Source: Neoechinorhynchus agilis
Taxonomy: Eukaryota; Animalia; Acanthocephala
Reading direction: 5' to 3'
DNA length: 64,000 nucleotides
Assembly (NCBI GenBank): GCA_051530055.1
Contig: CM121342.1
Location: forward strand, 778,797 to 842,796
The notes beneath the pieces were generated by a model, which had not been told where the DNA came from, did not search any database, and worked only from the letters and a program-made list of their open reading frames with translations. The translations under genes were made by a program, and so were the position numbers. Positions within the stretch are counted from its first letter, which is position 1. Each line of letters opens with the position of its first letter. Below, piece after piece: positions 58,850-64,000 of this stretch.

Positions 58850-60260
58850 TTTTAACAATTCAAACAATCTGTTTGAAGCACACTCACCACCTCCCGCCAA
58901 ATTGTAGCTTTTGTCCTTCCTCGACCGTCGCCATCACGCTGGCAGCATTGCCTCGTTGTACTGCCAGCGAGATATTTTGTCGAAGGAACACGCCTGACCT
59001 TGAGTTTCCGATTGCCTCTCTCAATTTCTTCGAGAGATCCTGGAGCAGAGAGAGTGCCGAGCTGCCGAGCGCTCCATACGTCTCTACCCCAAAGGGGACA
59101 AAATAGTGAGCCTTCGATAACTGAATATATTTCCGTATTTTCCTCCCTTCCGCTGCACTGGCGGCACCACCGGCGATTTCGAGGGAGTAGCGGATGTTGC
59201 TGGCTGCGAGGGTGTCCACACATGTGGCGTCCCAGAGAAGCCATTTGCCCTCCCGCCACAGGAAGACCGAAATTCCATCGGGCCTACGGCCGCCTAGTCG
59301 ACAAAGGTGGGCGGGTTCCAGGATGTTCGGGAAGTTAGCCGTCCTCAACGCCCGAGAAATTGCGTTATTGATTTCAGAATAGCGTGAGAACCTTCCTCCT
59401 GACCTTCTGCAGACGAGACCGTGTCGCCCGAAAGCATCAACCAAAGACCCACATCGACAGCGATTGGGCGTGCATATCGGGAGACCAAGTCTTAAGGATA
59501 CTGCGATCCTCGTTACCTCATCAGTAAGAAGAGTTCCCACTGATGTCAGAGGAACAGCCTCTAACCACGCCCCAGATTCTCGTGTTGAAACTGCCAACAG
59601 TCTAGCTCGGACGACCCCACCGCGAGGACCTGAAAGTAGAGAGCTGTGAGCTCTCGCGACAAGAGGTCCGTCCCAGATCGACTGTCTGAGGCCATTCACA
59701 GGAACATGGTTAGCGCCTGTCTGCTGGCACCATTCCTCAATCGCCACCACGAAATCCCGGTCAAGACAGAACTTTTCCTTCAACATTTTCTTCGATACTG
59801 GTAGGCTCCCCTCAAACGATCCAAGAAAGGCCGGCAAAGCAAGGCCCACTAGTGCCCGAATCCCCAATCCCCCAGATGACACAGGCAAAGAAGCTTGTCG
59901 CCACGCCTCATCTGAGAGCTGGACATTTAAAATACGCTCGAGACAAGCCCTCACCTTCCTTCCTTATGTTTGAAAAATGTTGCTGTGCGAACCTTGTACA
60001 ATAATTTGGGGATGAAGAGCGCGTTCTTTATGAGAAACAAGGCTTCATGAGCCGAGAGAGCGCTCACCTTATCGCACAGCAACGAAAGTTTCGGTATGAT
60101 ATGGCCGATCTCATCTTCCACATTTGAATCGAAGACTCAACTGCCCAGGAGGCCGAGTTGCTCCCGAGTCACGAGTTTCAGACCTGGAGCTACGGCCCCG
60201 AACCCAGCCATTACTTTCAACAAATACCCAAGTCAACAATTGCCGCTGAAATCAATGCTT
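58850..60260 (-). mobile_element. CRE-clade retrotransposon, 5'-truncated (subfamily A)
   Basis: 356-aa frame with QASLPV..GGLGIR, CRCG..VD.FG.HGL.C, RPDG, GVETYG, ISLAVQRGN. Upstream frameshifted HEALFLIKN.LFIPK.L.K.R. Confidence 0.92.
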
Positions 60261-60550
60261 GCCTTAGGGCTTCACCGTTTTGAATTTTGATATATACACA
60301 CACAAAACGCGCAGTCGTACAACTGCTCACTTTTTACCCCTGCGTATATCTCGCTCGCGGTATAGAACACTCAGAAATGCTCCAGATGATCTTTATCATT
60401 CACCACAACAAATGCAAAAAAATCTGTATGTTAGTAATGGGCAACGCCCGGCAAAACGGCTTGTATTAAACCTACTTTACACTGAAGTTAGGATTCAAGC
60501 GACTAAAAGAACCATCGATTAAGCATAACGTTGTTTCTCTTTGTAGCACA

Positions 60551-61306
60551 TCAAAACTTATTCACGGAATCATGTTGTGATTTTTCCTTCAAGATAAGTC
60601 TCGATTCATAAAAATCAATAATCTTTTGAGGAACCAATTGTTTTGCCACTGACGAACTTAGTGCTATAATATCCCCCTGCTTCATTTTTACGACATACAG
60701 ATATCCTTCTTTGTTCTGACTCATTCCTATGACTTCGATATACCGATCACTAGCATCGTTTGAATCTGCATGTTCGCTTGGGACTTCGGAATTATCCTTC
60801 GTACAACTGATCTGACATATATCAGCTTGCGTACTGGAAATTGTTTCCCTTATGGAGGATGTTCGCTTTGCTCTTTTTCGTTTATCGGTGGAATTCGACT
60901 CTGTGGGAGGTTCCAGTGCCGATTTCCGATTGGTCTTTTTGCGCGATTGTCTTTTCTCAGCTTCCTTCGCTTCAAACTCTTTTATAAGTTCATCACAATC
61001 GCAGTTCTCAGCCGGTTCCCATGTGCTCTCGTGTTCCGCATATCCACGCCATTTGATTAAATACATCAAACGCCCGGACTCGGTACGTTTGTCCAATATC
61101 GCTTCGACAGAGTAGTGCTCGCTCGAGTCAACAGAGGACTTATCTTCATCGACATGAACGGATTCTTTTTCTTGCTCTGATCCACTAGTTTTAGGCGCAG
61201 AGGTGGGCTTAGCGGCATGAGATGATGATGGACTATCAACTTGGATCGCTTCGTCACTATCAGAACTATCCAAATTTGAATGCATAAGTATTTTTGGAAG
61301 AGGCAT
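60551..61306 (-). CDS. HP1: Heterochromatin protein 1 (chromodomain plus chromoshadow domain), 251 aa
   Basis: YSVEAILDKR....R.MYLIKWRGY...ESTWEP.ENC.C.ELIKEF, basic hinge, shadow domain ending PQ.IIDFYESRL. Confidence 0.93.
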   Translation of the reverse strand: MPLPKILMHSNLDSSDSDEAIQVDSPSSSHAAKPTSAPKTSGSEQEKESVHVDEDKSSVDSSEHYSVEAILDKRTESGRLMYLIKWRGYAEHESTWEPAENCDCDELIKEFEAKEAEKRQSRKKTNRKSALEPPTESNSTDKRKRAKRTSSIRETISSTQADICQISCTKDNSEVPSEHADSNDASDRYIEVIGMSQNKEGYLYVVKMKQGDIIALSSSVAKQLVPQKIIDFYESRLILKEKSQHDSVNKF

Positions 61307-61509
61307 CTTAAAAGCAAAAACGCCTCAAATTCTTAGAACACGAAGGTCAAAAAATCACATCCAAAAAATCACATGTAAATCGAAACGTTTTAAACTGATA
61401 TTTAAAACGATCGTCGCAATGGTTTTATAATGCGCTCTGAGTTATCGAGAAGAAAACTTTCAGCAGGAAAAACATGCATAAATACTCATTTCGTACGATG
61501 ATCGGTAGA

Positions 61510-62110
61510 TATGCGACATAAGGATCTCACCGAAATTGAAAGGGCGAGTGTTCGAGACCGTGGTGCTACCAGCCATATTATATGGCGCAGAAACTTGGAC
61601 GACCAAGCAAAACGACCTCAGAAGATTAGAAACGAACGAGAAGAATATGCTAAGATGGACAGCAGGGTACGGACACCGGGGAGCTGTTCGGCACTTCCCG
61701 CTTGACATGAGTAACCTTTTTAGTAAAACCTTCGAACAAAACACAAGCACACCCGGTTTGCTCTCTTGCGTTAATGGCACGTTGCGCATTAATGTCGTTT
61801 AGCGCATTGCGCGCAATATCAATCATCCATGACGCCGCTGTTCAGAGTTGATCGTCCAAAGAAGGTTGCGCTGGCACGATAAAGTTTCGAAGTGCGAAGC
61901 AGATCACAATCTGCGCAGCACGGATAAACTGGCAATAACGGGTAATCGCCGACATACAGGGTAAATTGGTTTCGAGGAAAACGCAACCTCTCGAGAGAGA
62001 AGAAATGCATGGATGAGAAGATCGGTAGACGCACATTCGTCGCCGACGGCGACCATGATGTACACGATGAAAGCATCGTAAAAACCGAGAGACGTGCACG
62101 CGGACGAAAA
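61510..62110 (+). mobile_element. RTE-clade LINE 3' remnant
   Basis: KGRVFETVVLPAILYGAETW....L.RLE..E..MLRW..G, later RLRW. Confidence 0.75.
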
Positions 62111-62540
62111 TACTGGGATTAAAAGAAGTCGCAACTGACCGAGATTTAATCGTGTTAAAAGGACGAGCAAACAGTTAATGTACAAAAGTTAGAAACAAAT
62201 ACAAAAACGAACAAGTTCCGAATATAAACCAATAGCCGCCGAACCAAACATGAAAAGTAATTTTCCAAAGCGTGTGGCCTTCTTGAATTCTTCCGTAATT
62301 AAGTGTGACGCAATGTTCGCGAGAGATGACGTTGCAGAAAAATAGATTGCATAAATTAGTCAATTTAAATCAAACGAAATGTTCGAGCAGACTAAGAAGG
62401 TCCAATCGCCGATGAATTTTAAAGGGACATTTCACAAACAGTAACGGAAATGAGATTTGCTAAGGTTCATCGGCTTTTCCGTTTGACTTTAATTTTAAAC
62501 TTTTCTTCAAAAGTAATTTTCGGTTTTATAACCAGCGAAT

Positions 62541-62858
62541 AAAATGGAGCAACAATCGCTAAAACTAAGATAATTTATTTGAAGATAAGTTCTAAATATC
62601 GCTTAGATAACGGTTTTTGTACACTTCATTAGAAATATCGGGGGTGTGTTTAACAGAGCATTCGTTAAACTTCTAACGAAACCGTTCATTTGTAAAGTCA
62701 AAATGGAGCAACAATCGCTAAAACTAAGATAATTTATTTGAAGATAAGTTCTAAATATCGCTTAGATAACGGTTTTTGTACACTTCATTAGAAATATCGG
62801 GGGTGTGTTTAACAGAGCATTCGTTAAACTTCTAACGAAACCGTTCATTTGTAAAGTC
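62541..62858. repeat. Perfect 159-bp tandem duplication
   Basis: 62541-62699 equals 62700-62858. Includes the stop codon and 3' UTR of the adjacent minus-strand gene. Confidence 0.93.
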
Positions 62859-63778
62859 AGATCGCTCATCTCGGTCTTTTGTTTCGTACGATTTCTTTCT
62901 CAGACAACTACGCCCAACTCGCCGTTGACTTTGCTCGAATTCGGAGTAAATCTTCGCTCTCAAAACCATTGGATCGTCGTCACCTACTTTCTCTTCATCT
63001 AAATTCGCGCGTCTCTTTTTTTTCTGAATATTATCATCAATCAGTTCAACTTCGTCATTTGGTATTTCTTCACGTTCAAGATTCTTTCTTTGCTTAGAAT
63101 CTATAAATTCTTGAATTCGTCTTTTAACTGGAAAATTAAAAACATCCAACGGAGTGTTCGTTATTGCTGATATTCTTCTTTGAAATATTGATTGTGTTTG
63201 AGTGGCGGTGTTTGCCTTGTGAACGATTCGCTCTTGTGGCCTTTGATGTTTAAGCGTAAGTTCATTTCTCAATTGTTCAATCTCCAGTTTACTAGCATTG
63301 CTGTCCGCGTCATTCTGCATCATACATTCATGAATTGAGTTCTGTAGGAAGGAAACTTCCTTTCGTTTAAGTAGAGAATATTTCTCTAAAATATTAATAT
63401 CGTTTTTCAGTCTCGAATTTTCCTCCTTTAGATCCGCTAATTGTTGTTCATAGTCACGTAGTCGATTAACCAACTCGTCGTGTTCTTTCAAGAAATTGTA
63501 TTGGTCGTCCAAACACTTTACGGGTAGCGCCGATGATTTAACAGGTTTGTAATGGGCATAAGAAAGCTTATACTCTGTTCCAAGGTAGAGAACATCGTCG
63601 TCGTCCTCACAGCTTTCAGTACAAGTCTTGCCTTTCTACAACAACGGCGTTGAGGATATGATAAATCCTCTTTAAACAAACAAAAAATCACATGCAATCG
63701 AAAATTTTAATCTGCGATCTCGGCTTGTCTTAAGAGACCTATCGTCATCGATCGTCACTAATCTACACTTACGATCAT
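62832..63778 (-). CDS. Two-exon coiled-coil protein (~269 aa)
   Basis: Exon 1 ATG ATC (63778-63773), GTAAGT...TAG intron 63772-63636, exon 2 63635-62832 in frame; heptad region LRDYEQQLADLKEENSRLKNDI. Confidence 0.65.
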
Positions 63779-64000
63779 CCTCAAACTTTCTACAAAGATA
63801 TGAGCTCTAATCGTTCGTACATGAACATACTACTTTATGTGTTTCTTCCGTGTTGCAGCGCGCATTTAAAATTATTGACGAATAATTGGATAGTTAATTA
63901 GATCGGTGACGTGTGCGAATGGGCTTAAAATTACGGCACTCTACTACGATGACTCTCAATTCCTAGCCGTTTCTTAGGAACAACGAAATCAATAGTATTT

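Noticed and set aside
1-64000. Alternative genetic code, and the many 60-130 aa ORFs in the track
   Set aside because: Long conserved genes read cleanly in the standard code. Short ORFs are antisense or off-frame shadows of genes and TE remnants.

Overview
This is AT-rich eukaryotic DNA, very likely from an animal with a compact genome (species not identifiable from the sequence); no prokaryotic features or CRISPR were seen. Host genes are mostly intronless in the CDS: an HMG-box protein, an 854-aa coiled-coil protein, a TspanC8-type tetraspanin, two SLC17 transporters, class-I eIF4E, a USP deubiquitinase and HP1. There is also a tRNA-Cys(GCA), a GT10 alpha-1,3-fucosyltransferase, and several orphan genes with short GT-AG introns (mostly 40-70 nt). 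Genes are separated by decayed retroelements (Penelope-like/PLE, CRE-clade RLE LINEs, CR1/L2-like, RTE, I/Jockey-like) and a Tigger/pogo stub. Four signals stand out. (1) Three sequence families of minimal type-I hammerhead ribozyme (HHR) motifs are present; two families sit in long head-to-head palindromes flanked by 12-14 bp direct repeats (17.5 kb, 36 kb). (2) A 49-nt frame-breaking insert in the fucosyltransferase reads as a spliceosomal intron only on the antisense strand. (3) A 623-bp near-identical tract lies inside otherwise diverged SLC17 paralogues. (4) Several otherwise intronless genes appear to keep one intron at the start codon. All alignments and folds were done by eye; TE boundaries are approximate.
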